Below are positions 49,819-59,569 of a DNA stretch of 64,000 bases, piece by piece; the stretch's first letter is position 1, and each line of letters opens with the position of its first letter. The position numbers were made by a program, and so were the translations under genes. The notes under the pieces were generated by a model, which made no database searches, was not told where the DNA came from, and saw only the letters and a program-made list of their open reading frames with translations. The DNA lies in assembly GCA_964459145.1 (NCBI GenBank), contig CAYWKC010000001.1:40200-104199 (forward strand), read 5' to 3'. Source of the DNA: an uncultured Candidatus Saccharibacteria bacterium (GTDB taxonomy: Bacteria > Patescibacteriota > Minisyncoccia > Phycocordibacterales > UBA12079).

Positions 49819-49929
49819 ATTAAGAATTATTATAGCTAATTTTGTAAAAAAAGCAAATTAAAGAAATAAAACAAAAACAGGTTTCGCCTCCGGCGAAACC
49901 TGCTGTCAAACTGTAAGATTTTCTCTCTA

Positions 49930-50265
49930 CTACCAAATAGTATACCGTGGGCCAAGATCAAAAACGAACAAACAACCAAGACAGAGACTGATGACTATGA
50001 AAAGTAATCTCTTTCTTTGTTCTTTCCCCATGACGATAAAAAAGTCAAGGACGGCACCAAAGAATATGATTAGGCTAATGATATAAGCAACTATTGGGCT
50101 TACTAAAGAAAAAAATATTAGTAAGCCACAGCTGATAAAGAGAAATGCCCAAGCGAAAGAGAATGCAGAGAACTTTTCTTCTGCAAAGGCTTTCACTAAA
50201 AAATAAGCAAGACACATTCCCCCTATCGCCAAGCAACCACCAGAAACTCTGCTTAAATTTTCCAT
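49930..50265 (-). CDS. Hypothetical 4-TM membrane ORFan
   Basis: Hydrophobic helices; GGGGGT SD; TTGACA at 50354-50349. Confidence 0.6.
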   Translation of the reverse strand: MENLSRVSGGCLAIGGMCLAYFLVKAFAEEKFSAFSFAWAFLFISCGLLIFFSLVSPIVAYIISLIIFFGAVLDFFIVMGKEQRKRLLFIVISLCLGCLFVFDLGPRYTIW

Positions 50266-50387
50266 TTTTAATACCCCCCATTTTTGGTTTAATTTAAGTT
50301 ATCTCACTCAAAGGACCACTGATTGTTTTATACCACAAAGTAGGATTTTGTCAATCATTCTGAAATATTTTTAAGTTCTGCTATAAT

Positions 50388-53300
50388 ATGACTATGTCTG
50401 AATTTTCTCACCTACACACCCACAGCCACTATAGCCTATTAAATGCTTTACCTAGAATTAAGGAGTTGGTAGCTCGTGCTAAAGAAAATACGATGCCTGC
50501 TTTAGCCTTAACTGATAATGGAAATATGTATGGCACCATTGAGTTTTACCAAGAATGTTTAAAACAAGATATTAAACCAATTTTGGGTGTAGATTTTTAT
50601 GTCGCTCTTAAAACCCGTCATGATAGACGGTCAGGAATTGATAATCGCAACAATCGTTTAGTCCTCTTGGCTAAAAACGAACAGGGTTATAAAAATTTAA
50701 TCAAATTAGTCAGTCAATCATTTTTAGAGGGATTTTATTACAGACCCAGAATTGATAAAGAACTCATTGAGCAATACAAAGAAGGATTAATCTGTATTAT
50801 GCCCCAGTTTAGTGGAGAAATCTCCAAAGCTCTTCAAATTAATGATAAAGAAAAAGCTAAAGAAGTCGCCGAATGGTACAAACAAAATTTCGGAAGTTTT
50901 TTTCTAGAAATAACTCATCACCCTGAAATTGAAGGCCAATTAAAATTAAAAGAACAAATTATAAATTTTGCTAATGACGAAGACCTTCCTTTGGTGGCTT
51001 GCCAAGATGTTTATTATTTAAATCCTGAAGATAAAAAAGCTCGCGATATTTTAATGTCTATCCAAAATTCAATTCCCCACCGCCGGAATGAACAAGAAGA
51101 TTTTTCTTTTATCAATCAAGAAACCGCTAATGAGTATTTCAAAAACACCCCTGAAGCATTAAAAAATATCCAAAAAATAGTAGATAAATGCAATATTAAG
51201 TTAGATATTGATAGTTGGTATTTCCCTGATATTGAAATCCCTGAAGGAGAAACTTACGATTCTCAATTAAGAAAAACTACCTACGCTGGAATAAAAGAAC
51301 GGGGTTTAGAAAAAACTAAAGAAATTGAAGACCGCATTGAATATGAATTAGAAATTATCAGAAATAAGGGATATTCTTCTTATTTTTTGATTGTCTCTGA
51401 CTTAATCAAACATGCTCGGAGTGAAGGAATTTTAACTAACACCCGAGGTTCTGCCGCCGGTTCTTTAGTTTCTTACTTAAATTTTATTACTAAAATTAAT
51501 CCGCTGGAATTAAAACTCCCTTTTGAAAGATTTATGAACCCAGAACGCCCTGGTATCCCTGATATTGATGTAGATATTGCTGATAACCGTCGAGATGATG
51601 TCATTGACTATATGAGAAGCAAGTATGGAGAAGAAGCTGTGGCACAAATTGGAACTTTTGGAACTATGGCTGCTCGTGGGTCTGTCCGCGATGTTACCAG
51701 AGCTTTAGGTCACCCTTATGAACTGGGCGATAAGATTGCTAAATTAATTCCTATTGGTTCTCAAGGATTCCCCATGACCATATCAAGAGCTCTTGATATG
51801 GAAGAAGAACTTAGAAAACTCCAAGAAGATAATCCCGATGTTCGGGAAATAATAAAATATGCTCAAAAGATTGAGGGTTGTGCTCGACATATTTCCACTC
51901 ACGCTGCAGGAGTTCTAATTTCTCCCACCCGAATTGATGATTATACCCCTGTTCAACTGGATAAAGATGGGAAAATTATTACTCAATATGATATGTATAC
52001 AGGAGGACAAGACGGCGTAGTTAATTTACCTAAATTTGATATCTTGGGAATTAAAAATTTATCAATTCTTTCTAATGCCATTCAATTAGCCAAAAAATTG
52101 AGGAGGATAGAAGTTGATTTAGATAATATTGATTTAAAAAATAAAAAAACTTATGAAATGTTAGCTCGCGGAGAAACTTTGGGAACTTTTCAATTAAATG
52201 GACAAGGGATGACCCAATACTTAAAAGAACTAAAACCAAAATCAATTTGGGATATTATGGCGATGGTAGCTCTTTATCGTCCAGGACCAATGGCCTTTAT
52301 CCCAGATTATATTAAAAGAAAAGAAAATCCTCGTTTAGTCACTTATCTTCATCCTGAGCTAAAAAATATTTTGGAACCAACTTATGGAATTATCATTTAC
52401 CAAGATGATGTTATGCTTATCGCTGTAAACTTGGCTGGCTATACATGGGCAGAAGCTGATAAATTTAGGAAAGCCATGGGGAAAAAAATTCCAGAAATGA
52501 TGCAAGAACAAAAAGACAAGTTTTTTAAGGGATGTTCAGAACATGGGATAGAACAAAAAATCATACAAAAACTGTGGGAGACCATAGAGACCTTTGCCGC
52601 TTATGGTTTTAACAAAGCTCATTCAGCTTCTTATGGACGAGTAGCTTATGAGACCTCTTATATGAAAGCTAACTTCCCTATTGAATATATGACCGCTTTG
52701 TTAATGGCCGACTCTGGCGACACAGAAAAAATAGCTGAAATTATTACTGAATGTAAAAGATTAGACATTGAAGTGCTCCCACCCGATATCAATGAATCTT
52801 TCACAGATTTTACAATAGTTCTTGATAAAAAGACCAAAAAAGAAGCTATTCGTTTTGGTTTACAAACTATTAAAAATTTTGGAGAAGGAATCGCCAATTC
52901 TATAATTTCTGAAAGAAAGAAAAACGGACCTTTTAAATCTTTAATTGATTTTTTAGAACGAGTTCAAGATAGAAATTTAAATAAAAAATCCTTAGAAGCT
53001 CTAACTATGTGTGGGGCCATGGATAAGTTAGGCGAAAGAAAACAAATTGTAGAAAATATGCCTGATTTATTAAAATACAATAAAGATTTTGGATTAAAAC
53101 CAAAAGAACAAGATTCTTTATTTGGGAATAATTTTCAGACTCCTCAAATCACTTTGAGAAAAGTAACCCCTGCTACTACTGAAGAAAAACTTGTTTGGGA
53201 AAAAGAACTTTTGGGTTTATATATCTCTGGTCACCCCTTGGACAAATTTAGCCAACAATTATTAAAAAGCAAAACAAATTTAAGTAGGATTAAAAAAAGA

Positions 53301-53558
53301 GCATCAGAAGGAGTCACCACTGTTGTGGCTGGTTTAATTGAGGATTGTAGACCAATTTTAACCAGAAAGGGAGATAAAATGGTCTTCCTCAAATTATCAG
53401 ATTTTAGTGATAGCATAGAGGTAGTCGTCTTTCCTAAAATTTATTCAGACTTTGTTGAATTATTACAAAATGAAAAATGTGTTTTAATTAAAGGTAGAAT
53501 TTCAAAAAGAAATGAAGACACTTCTCTTATTGCCGAAAGCATCCGAGAATTGAAATAA
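50388..53558 (+). CDS. dnaE: DNA polymerase III alpha subunit
   Basis: HLHTHSHYSLL PHP domain, RGSAAGSLV, PDIDVD, YGFNKAHS, OB fold. Confidence 0.97.
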   Translation: MTMSEFSHLHTHSHYSLLNALPRIKELVARAKENTMPALALTDNGNMYGTIEFYQECLKQDIKPILGVDFYVALKTRHDRRSGIDNRNNRLVLLAKNEQGYKNLIKLVSQSFLEGFYYRPRIDKELIEQYKEGLICIMPQFSGEISKALQINDKEKAKEVAEWYKQNFGSFFLEITHHPEIEGQLKLKEQIINFANDEDLPLVACQDVYYLNPEDKKARDILMSIQNSIPHRRNEQEDFSFINQETANEYFKNTPEALKNIQKIVDKCNIKLDIDSWYFPDIEIPEGETYDSQLRKTTYAGIKERGLEKTKEIEDRIEYELEIIRNKGYSSYFLIVSDLIKHARSEGILTNTRGSAAGSLVSYLNFITKINPLELKLPFERFMNPERPGIPDIDVDIADNRRDDVIDYMRSKYGEEAVAQIGTFGTMAARGSVRDVTRALGHPYELGDKIAKLIPIGSQGFPMTISRALDMEEELRKLQEDNPDVREIIKYAQKIEGCARHISTHAAGVLISPTRIDDYTPVQLDKDGKIITQYDMYTGGQDGVVNLPKFDILGIKNLSILSNAIQLAKKLRRIEVDLDNIDLKNKKTYEMLARGETLGTFQLNGQGMTQYLKELKPKSIWDIMAMVALYRPGPMAFIPDYIKRKENPRLVTYLHPELKNILEPTYGIIIYQDDVMLIAVNLAGYTWAEADKFRKAMGKKIPEMMQEQKDKFFKGCSEHGIEQKIIQKLWETIETFAAYGFNKAHSASYGRVAYETSYMKANFPIEYMTALLMADSGDTEKIAEIITECKRLDIEVLPPDINESFTDFTIVLDKKTKKEAIRFGLQTIKNFGEGIANSIISERKKNGPFKSLIDFLERVQDRNLNKKSLEALTMCGAMDKLGERKQIVENMPDLLKYNKDFGLKPKEQDSLFGNNFQTPQITLRKVTPATTEEKLVWEKELLGLYISGHPLDKFSQQLLKSKTNLSRIKKRASEGVTTVVAGLIEDCRPILTRKGDKMVFLKLSDFSDSIEVVVFPKIYSDFVELLQNEKCVLIKGRISKRNEDTSLIAESIRELK

Positions 53559-53657
53559 ATCAAAATTTATGGCTATGCGATAGCCGTAAATTTTGATTGA
53601 ACCCCCAAGAATCAGGGCCGGTTGGGGGGGGTTAGGGTGTTTTTAGTACCAAAAGAG

Positions 53658-53729
53658 TAGCTCTACCGGGAATTGAACCCGGATTTCCGCCTTGAGAAGG
53701 CGATGTCCTAACCGTTAGACGATAGAGCC
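53658..53729 (-). tRNA. tRNA-Glu(CTC)
   Basis: ggctcta/tagagct acceptor, tcgcc-ttCTCaa-ggcgg, GGTTCAATTCC. Confidence 0.93.
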
Positions 53730-53734
53730 AAATA

Positions 53735-53941
53735 TTATTTAAAAATTAAACTTGTTACTATATTAACATTTTTCTTAGAACATCGCCTTCTATGATGCTC
53801 TCTCTATTTTCTATCTCACTATCGTTCAATAAAGAAAATTTTTTCTTTCAGAAAAACCGGATGAAAAGCCAAGTAGCCTGTCTGCCGACAGAGGCAGGTT
53901 GGCTTTTCATTCCAATACCCATTAGACGATAGAGCCAAATA
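53735..53941 (-). repeat. tRNA-Glu 5'-side module (duplicated 5' end)
   Basis: 53922-53941 identical to 53715-53734; inverted D-arm/anticodon copy at 53776-53791; CCTG palindrome 53877-53898. Confidence 0.7.
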
Positions 53942-54143
53942 CTCCTATATGTTACTGTTTTTCTACTAAAAATCAAAGTTATTTACATGAACCCCCCCCC
54001 AATCACCCCCAATCACCCCAAAACCGCCCTACTTCTTAGGGGTTTAACCTTATTTATGAAGTATCTGTGAAGGTTATCCGCAAAGGTTCAACCTCCGCGA
54101 ACCAAAAAAACAACTCGGCAATTAAAAATATGTCATTTCTATT

Positions 54144-54392
54144 TTATAAATCATTTAAAGCTGTTAATTCAGCATTATTATATTCTTCTTCCGTAATCTC
54201 TTCGCCACTCGTTAAAACTTCAAACACAACTTTATTACCATACGGAACTTCAGATTCTCCCTGAGTAGTTTTTATAAACCCGACATAAGGAGCGTCAACT
54301 CCTGTTGTTGGAACAGTCCGAATAAACTCCCCCAAACCTTTGGCAAACACCTTCTCTCTAAACGCCTTCATTGTTAAATGATTTTCTGACAT
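54144..54392 (-). CDS. Small hypothetical protein
   Basis: 82-aa ORF, last gene of the island operon. Confidence 0.6.
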   Translation of the reverse strand: MSENHLTMKAFREKVFAKGLGEFIRTVPTTGVDAPYVGFIKTTQGESEVPYGNKVVFEVLTSGEEITEEEYNNAELTALNDL

Positions 54393-54397
54393 AATTT

Positions 54398-55151
54398 TTA
54401 TTTTCCCTCATAACCCAATCTCGCGTTAAAATAATCACAAAATTCACAATCTTTTCCTGACTCTGGCATCTGTTCACTGTCTAAACATTTTTTAATTTCT
54501 CCAATCATCCCCCCCCACCCAACTGTCATCCCCTTCATAGGCAATCAGCTTGACATCAAAATCAATCTTCCCATCAAACGCTTCCCGATCTAACTTCCCC
54601 GTGCAATAAACAAAGTAGCCCGTCTTAGAAACTTTCAACCCAGTCTTTCTCAATAACCACTGATAAACTTCCATTTGTCTTTTATAGCCGTCTTGCCATT
54701 CTTTATCTAATTCTACCACTGGTTCATCTTTCGCGGTCGCTTTATAATCAACGACAATATATTCCCCCTGACTATTTATCCAAAGATCATCAATCGCCCC
54801 GGTGATGACCAAACCAGTTTTTTTGTCCTCGTAACGAACACCTTTAAAATTCTCCCTCCAAATATCCAACTCCTCATGAGCGACCGGCCGAGCATCTACC
54901 CCATATTGCTCCTGTAAAGGATGTTGTTCCCCTTTCGCCCGATGAATATCAAATTCTTTTTTAAGTAGAGTATCAACCGCACTGTTGATAGCAAAAGGAA
55001 ACCCCGGCGGTCTCTTCGTTCCCAATTTATTATCAATATAAAAACAACGAGGACATTGCCGAAACAAATCTATCTTAGACCGACTCAGTTTCCATTGCTT
55101 TCCTCCGTAATTCCACGAAGCTTTTCTGTTGGAGTTATAATAATCTGACAT
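54398..55151 (-). pseudogene. PD-(D/E)XK nuclease (Cas4/RecB-like), frameshifted at a G8 tract
   Basis: LSRSK...CPRCFY, GAIDD, VVDYK, QMEVY; C-terminal KCLDSE...CEFC lies in another frame after G8 (54509-54516). Confidence 0.8.
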
Positions 55152-55181
55152 GGTTTTAATTTAAAATTTATAATTTTTAAT

Positions 55182-57419
55182 CTACAAGTTTAAATTTTTC
55201 CATTCTTTTAAATCCGAATCTTTTGCAATCTTCCACAAACCAGATACTTCTTTTATCAAACCCCCTTTAAATTTTTTATTTTCTTTTAACCAATTTTCTA
55301 ACGCTCTTGCTCTCATTCTTGCACCTTCTCCCTCCGCAGTAAAGCCACTTTTTGTATCCACAATCCAAATATTATTTTTGGTTTTTATAAACCAATCAGG
55401 AAAAAATAACCTTCCGTCCTCCCTTTTCACAGAAAAATTATCTGACCCATTATCCCCATTCTTATACCACCAAATAACACTTTTATTTTTCTCCAAATAA
55501 TCCACAAAACTTTTTTCATTTTTATTTTCTTTTTCTAAGTAACAAGGCTCTAAAGCACATTTTTTGCTTTCTATTTCTTTATACAAAGAATTATATCTAA
55601 CTTCTGACAAAGGAATTTTTATCGGTTTCGTTTCATCTATCCTTTTTTCTTTTTCATTTTCTTCTATTTTTCGTACCTCTTTATATTTCAAAAGGGCTTC
55701 ATTTATTATAGGAACCAGAGTACTATTTGATCCTTTCATTAAATCATTAACAATATAATGATAATATTCTTTCTTCTCCCCTATTTTTAAAATATCTTCA
55801 AAAAATACATTCAAAGCTGATTTTAATACTCCATAGGAACGAATTATTCCACCATATTTTGATTCTTCTTCCTGTTTAGACAATACTTCAATACAAAGTT
55901 TCTTATATAGTTTTTCTACATCTGGATAAGACATTTCTTGTCCAAAATCTTTTGCTTCTTTTAATCGTTTTATAAACTTATCATAATCAGTAATTTTTTG
56001 GTCAACTATTAAATTCAAATCTAAATGATTATTAAAATAAAAACCAGCTTTTTTTAAGGCTTCTTTGTTTTTAAAATATTTTTTTGCAACCTCAATAAAA
56101 GTGAATTGAAAAGTTTTTCCTAAATCATTATAACTAGTTCTTTGAGAGACAAAAGTTTTTAAATCAATTTGTTCTACATCTTTTTTTATTTTTGCTACAA
56201 GAAGTTTTGTTTCATTTGGTCCTATTCCTTGAAAATTTTTATAACTGTCTATAATTTCATTTTTTGTGTAAGTCGTATATAAATAAGAATGATTAAGGAT
56301 AGACTCTAAATATTTTTTTGCTTCTGGCATTCTCAAAACTCTTCCTAAAAGCTGAATTTGAAAGACTGGGCTCTTGGTTTCCCTATACATCAACATCACT
56401 TGGGCTCTAGGGCAATCCCATCCAGTCGCTGGGGCTTGTTTAAAAAGTAAAACATCAACTTTATTATTATGTTTTGTTATATTTTCTAAGTTTTCTTTAT
56501 CAGAACCAGTCAACCACACTGCTATTTTATTTTTTTCAACACCTTTTTCTTCTAAATACCCCAAAACAATATCTTTTTGTTTTCTCTCTTCTTGATCTTT
56601 CTTTTCATCATTAGGAAGTTGAATCATCAAAAGAGGATTAACATCAATATTATTTTTTTCATAAACTTTTTTTAATTCTTCTCTTTTTTTAAGAGCCAGA
56701 TCTAAAACATACCTATCTAAATCTTCTTCTTTTTTATCTTTAAAATCTTCTTTTGTTTGTGATAAAATACCCTCTTTAATAAGTCCTGCATTAACAACAT
56801 CTTCATAAGGTATATCTACATCAACATTCTCACTATCATGAGTAGCCGTTATTTTTAAAATGATTCTAGGGTTTATTTCTTTTATAACTTCATCAGCTAA
56901 TTGAGTTCTCACTTCCCTATGGGCTTCATCAATTATTAAAATAATATTTCTATCTTCTAATTTGGTTCTTTCTATCATTCCATCCCAAGTAATCTCTGTT
57001 TCTCCCTCTCTTCTTAATTTTCTTCCCTCTTTGTTCGCAGTTTTTATCTTAGACCAATTAAAAAACAAAATTTCATTTTGTTCTAAAATTTTACCTCTAC
57101 TTAAATCATTCAAATCAGTAATATCTATGGCAACATTTCCATCATAGTATTGCATAAATTTATTTTTACTTTGGGAAGCAAGATCTCCGTCTTTTGACCC
57201 TCCAATACTAACCCACAAAAAAGTTAAATCAGCCTCAACAAGTCTTGGGTCATTTGTAAGGTCTTTTATAAATTGAGCCATCATCACAGTTTTCCCCGAT
57301 CCTGTTGGAGCTTGAAATCTTATAGATTGCATTGATTCTTTTTTCCACTTATGAAGAAACTCGTCCATCAACTTTTCTGTAGCTTCTATTTGAAATGGTT
57401 TCAATATTATTTGTTTCAT
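55182..57419 (-). CDS. Type III restriction enzyme Res subunit
   Basis: APTGSGKT, DEAH, TAT, GWDCPRA, QLLGRVLR; C-terminal PDW...VDTK nuclease. Confidence 0.9.
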   Translation of the reverse strand: MKQIILKPFQIEATEKLMDEFLHKWKKESMQSIRFQAPTGSGKTVMMAQFIKDLTNDPRLVEADLTFLWVSIGGSKDGDLASQSKNKFMQYYDGNVAIDITDLNDLSRGKILEQNEILFFNWSKIKTANKEGRKLRREGETEITWDGMIERTKLEDRNIILIIDEAHREVRTQLADEVIKEINPRIILKITATHDSENVDVDIPYEDVVNAGLIKEGILSQTKEDFKDKKEEDLDRYVLDLALKKREELKKVYEKNNIDVNPLLMIQLPNDEKKDQEERKQKDIVLGYLEEKGVEKNKIAVWLTGSDKENLENITKHNNKVDVLLFKQAPATGWDCPRAQVMLMYRETKSPVFQIQLLGRVLRMPEAKKYLESILNHSYLYTTYTKNEIIDSYKNFQGIGPNETKLLVAKIKKDVEQIDLKTFVSQRTSYNDLGKTFQFTFIEVAKKYFKNKEALKKAGFYFNNHLDLNLIVDQKITDYDKFIKRLKEAKDFGQEMSYPDVEKLYKKLCIEVLSKQEEESKYGGIIRSYGVLKSALNVFFEDILKIGEKKEYYHYIVNDLMKGSNSTLVPIINEALLKYKEVRKIEENEKEKRIDETKPIKIPLSEVRYNSLYKEIESKKCALEPCYLEKENKNEKSFVDYLEKNKSVIWWYKNGDNGSDNFSVKREDGRLFFPDWFIKTKNNIWIVDTKSGFTAEGEGARMRARALENWLKENKKFKGGLIKEVSGLWKIAKDSDLKEWKNLNL

Positions 57420-57420
57420 A

Positions 57421-59316
57421 TTAGTTGTTCAAACTCTTATATATTTTTAATATCGGTTCCGGAATATGTTCTACTTTAACATTTTTATATTCTGCATAAT
57501 CATTTTTAAAATCATTCCCCCCATAAGAAAAAATATAAATTTTCACTTCTTTCTTATCTAATATTTTTTTCTCCATTTCTGGTAAATTATCCAAATTCTC
57601 TCTAAAATAGATTCCCACAAATTTATCTTTTTCGTCAGTAAAAATTTGATAATACTTATTTTTAACGATTTCCTTAAATGTATCTTCCTTTAAAGCTATC
57701 ATTTGCCCAGCTTCGTGAGTAAACTCTAATTTCTTTTTATCAGAAACATTTTTAATATTTTCTACATCTACAAATTCAGTTTTAAAATATTCTAAAGCTC
57801 CTCCCAATCCCCCCACTTTTTCCCCATTGGGTTTTGTATACCCTTTTATAACTTTTTTAATTCTTGGTTGAGTTATCCTCCTACAAATTCCATACTCTTG
57901 AATTTCTTTTGCACTCATACCTTTTTCTTGCAATTCTTTTTCAAACCCATTCAATTCATTGTTGGTACACAAAATAAATCTCCTATTTCCTCCGTCTTCT
58001 TTGTTTAAATCTAAAACCGCATGTCCTGTTGTTCCAGAACCAGCCATAAAATCAAGAATTACTGAATTTTTCTTCTCAGAGATTTTTATTAACAATTTTA
58101 TTAAACCAATTGGTTTTGGTGATGTAAAATATGAATTTGAACCAAAAAGTTCCTCTATTTCTTTTGAAGCATTTTCATTTGTTGCCACATTATCAAACCA
58201 AGTATCTACTATCTGACCTTGAATCTCTGATAAAAATAATTTTCTATTAGGAACACCATTTTTTGAAACAACAAGTCTCCCGTCTTTTATATATTTATCA
58301 AATGTACTTTTTGAACATCTCCATTTTCCTTTTATAATCCTACCATCTGGCATCTTTATAGAAAATTCTTTGTTTTTAGAACTATCAGGTTGCAATAATG
58401 GAACCAAACGCCAATCACCCCGAGGATCATTATCAGGGTTTTTATATGTTTTTTTAACGTAATCTTCGTTTAAAGGAATATTATTTAGTTGACTCAAATC
58501 AATATTTTTTGTGTAGCAAAATATGTAATCATGAACACGAGCAACATTTTTAGATAATCTTGGTGGAGTTTTTGTTCTACGCCATAAAAAATTAGCTATA
58601 AAATTTTCTCCCCCAAAAATTCCATCGCAAAGAATTTTTAATTGGGCCATCTCATTATCATCAATAGATATAAAAATAACCCCATCATTTTTTAATATTT
58701 TTTTTGCCAACACTAACCTTTTTTCCATAAAAGAAAGCCACTTTGAATGTCTAAAAGTATCTTCTCTATCTACGAAAGAATCATTATAAATAAAATCTTT
58801 ATTGCCTGTATTATATGGGGGATCAATATAAATAACATCAATTTTATTTTTATGAGTATAATTTAAAACTTGCAAAGCATGATAATTATCTCCCTCAATT
58901 AAAATATTTTTAGGTTTATTTAAGTCTTTATCTTTAATTCGTTTATCTTCTTTAGAAACTAAAATTGGGGCTTCTGTTTTACATCTTTCAACGACTTCTT
59001 CCTTGTGGTCTTCCCAAACAAGTCCGTACTTTTTCTGCTTTTTTAAAAGTTGCAATTCTTTGATAAGTTCGTCTTTTGTATATTCTTCAAAATCTTTTTT
59101 ACTTACAGGACTTTTTTTGGCTAAATCAGAAACTAAACCCTTTTCTTTAATCTCTCTAATATGAGCCACTGTATATCTTCTGTCTTTTCTCTTCCCAATT
59201 CTATCAGGCACAATAAAACCCTCCTTTTCCCAATTCCGCAAAGTGTCCTCATGCACACCCAAAAGCTCCGCCACCTCCCCAATCTTATATAATTTTTCCC
59301 TATTTTCTTTTTTCAT
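57421..59316 (-). CDS. Type III R-M Mod methyltransferase with N-terminal MerR-like HTH
   Basis: KIGEVAELLGVHEDTLRNWEKEG...RRYT HTH; YGLVWE, IEGDN, DPPY, DFMAGSGTTG. Confidence 0.92.
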   Translation of the reverse strand: MKKENREKLYKIGEVAELLGVHEDTLRNWEKEGFIVPDRIGKRKDRRYTVAHIREIKEKGLVSDLAKKSPVSKKDFEEYTKDELIKELQLLKKQKKYGLVWEDHKEEVVERCKTEAPILVSKEDKRIKDKDLNKPKNILIEGDNYHALQVLNYTHKNKIDVIYIDPPYNTGNKDFIYNDSFVDREDTFRHSKWLSFMEKRLVLAKKILKNDGVIFISIDDNEMAQLKILCDGIFGGENFIANFLWRRTKTPPRLSKNVARVHDYIFCYTKNIDLSQLNNIPLNEDYVKKTYKNPDNDPRGDWRLVPLLQPDSSKNKEFSIKMPDGRIIKGKWRCSKSTFDKYIKDGRLVVSKNGVPNRKLFLSEIQGQIVDTWFDNVATNENASKEIEELFGSNSYFTSPKPIGLIKLLIKISEKKNSVILDFMAGSGTTGHAVLDLNKEDGGNRRFILCTNNELNGFEKELQEKGMSAKEIQEYGICRRITQPRIKKVIKGYTKPNGEKVGGLGGALEYFKTEFVDVENIKNVSDKKKLEFTHEAGQMIALKEDTFKEIVKNKYYQIFTDEKDKFVGIYFRENLDNLPEMEKKILDKKEVKIYIFSYGGNDFKNDYAEYKNVKVEHIPEPILKIYKSLNN

Positions 59317-59328
59317 TGTTTTGTTTTA

Positions 59329-59565
59329 TTAAAAAATTACAGCCAAAAGGGTTGTTATCAAAATAAGACCAATTCCTACCAACCAAGGATTATTCCAGTT
59401 AACTTTCCTAAATTTTATATTATCATAATACCAATTTTTAAAAAATAATTTTCTATGACAGACTGGATTAAATCTATATTCCCATATTTTCCTTTTTTCC
59501 CATTTACTACTGGAATCTTCAGGATTTTTATATTTAATGAATATTGTTTTTCCTTTATTATTCAT
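59329..59565 (-). CDS. Small protein with C-terminal TM helix
   Basis: 78 aa, NPWLVGIGLILITTLLAVIF tail, co-oriented within the island. Confidence 0.55.
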   Translation of the reverse strand: MNNKGKTIFIKYKNPEDSSSKWEKRKIWEYRFNPVCHRKLFFKNWYYDNIKFRKVNWNNPWLVGIGLILITTLLAVIF

Positions 59566-59569
59566 TTTT

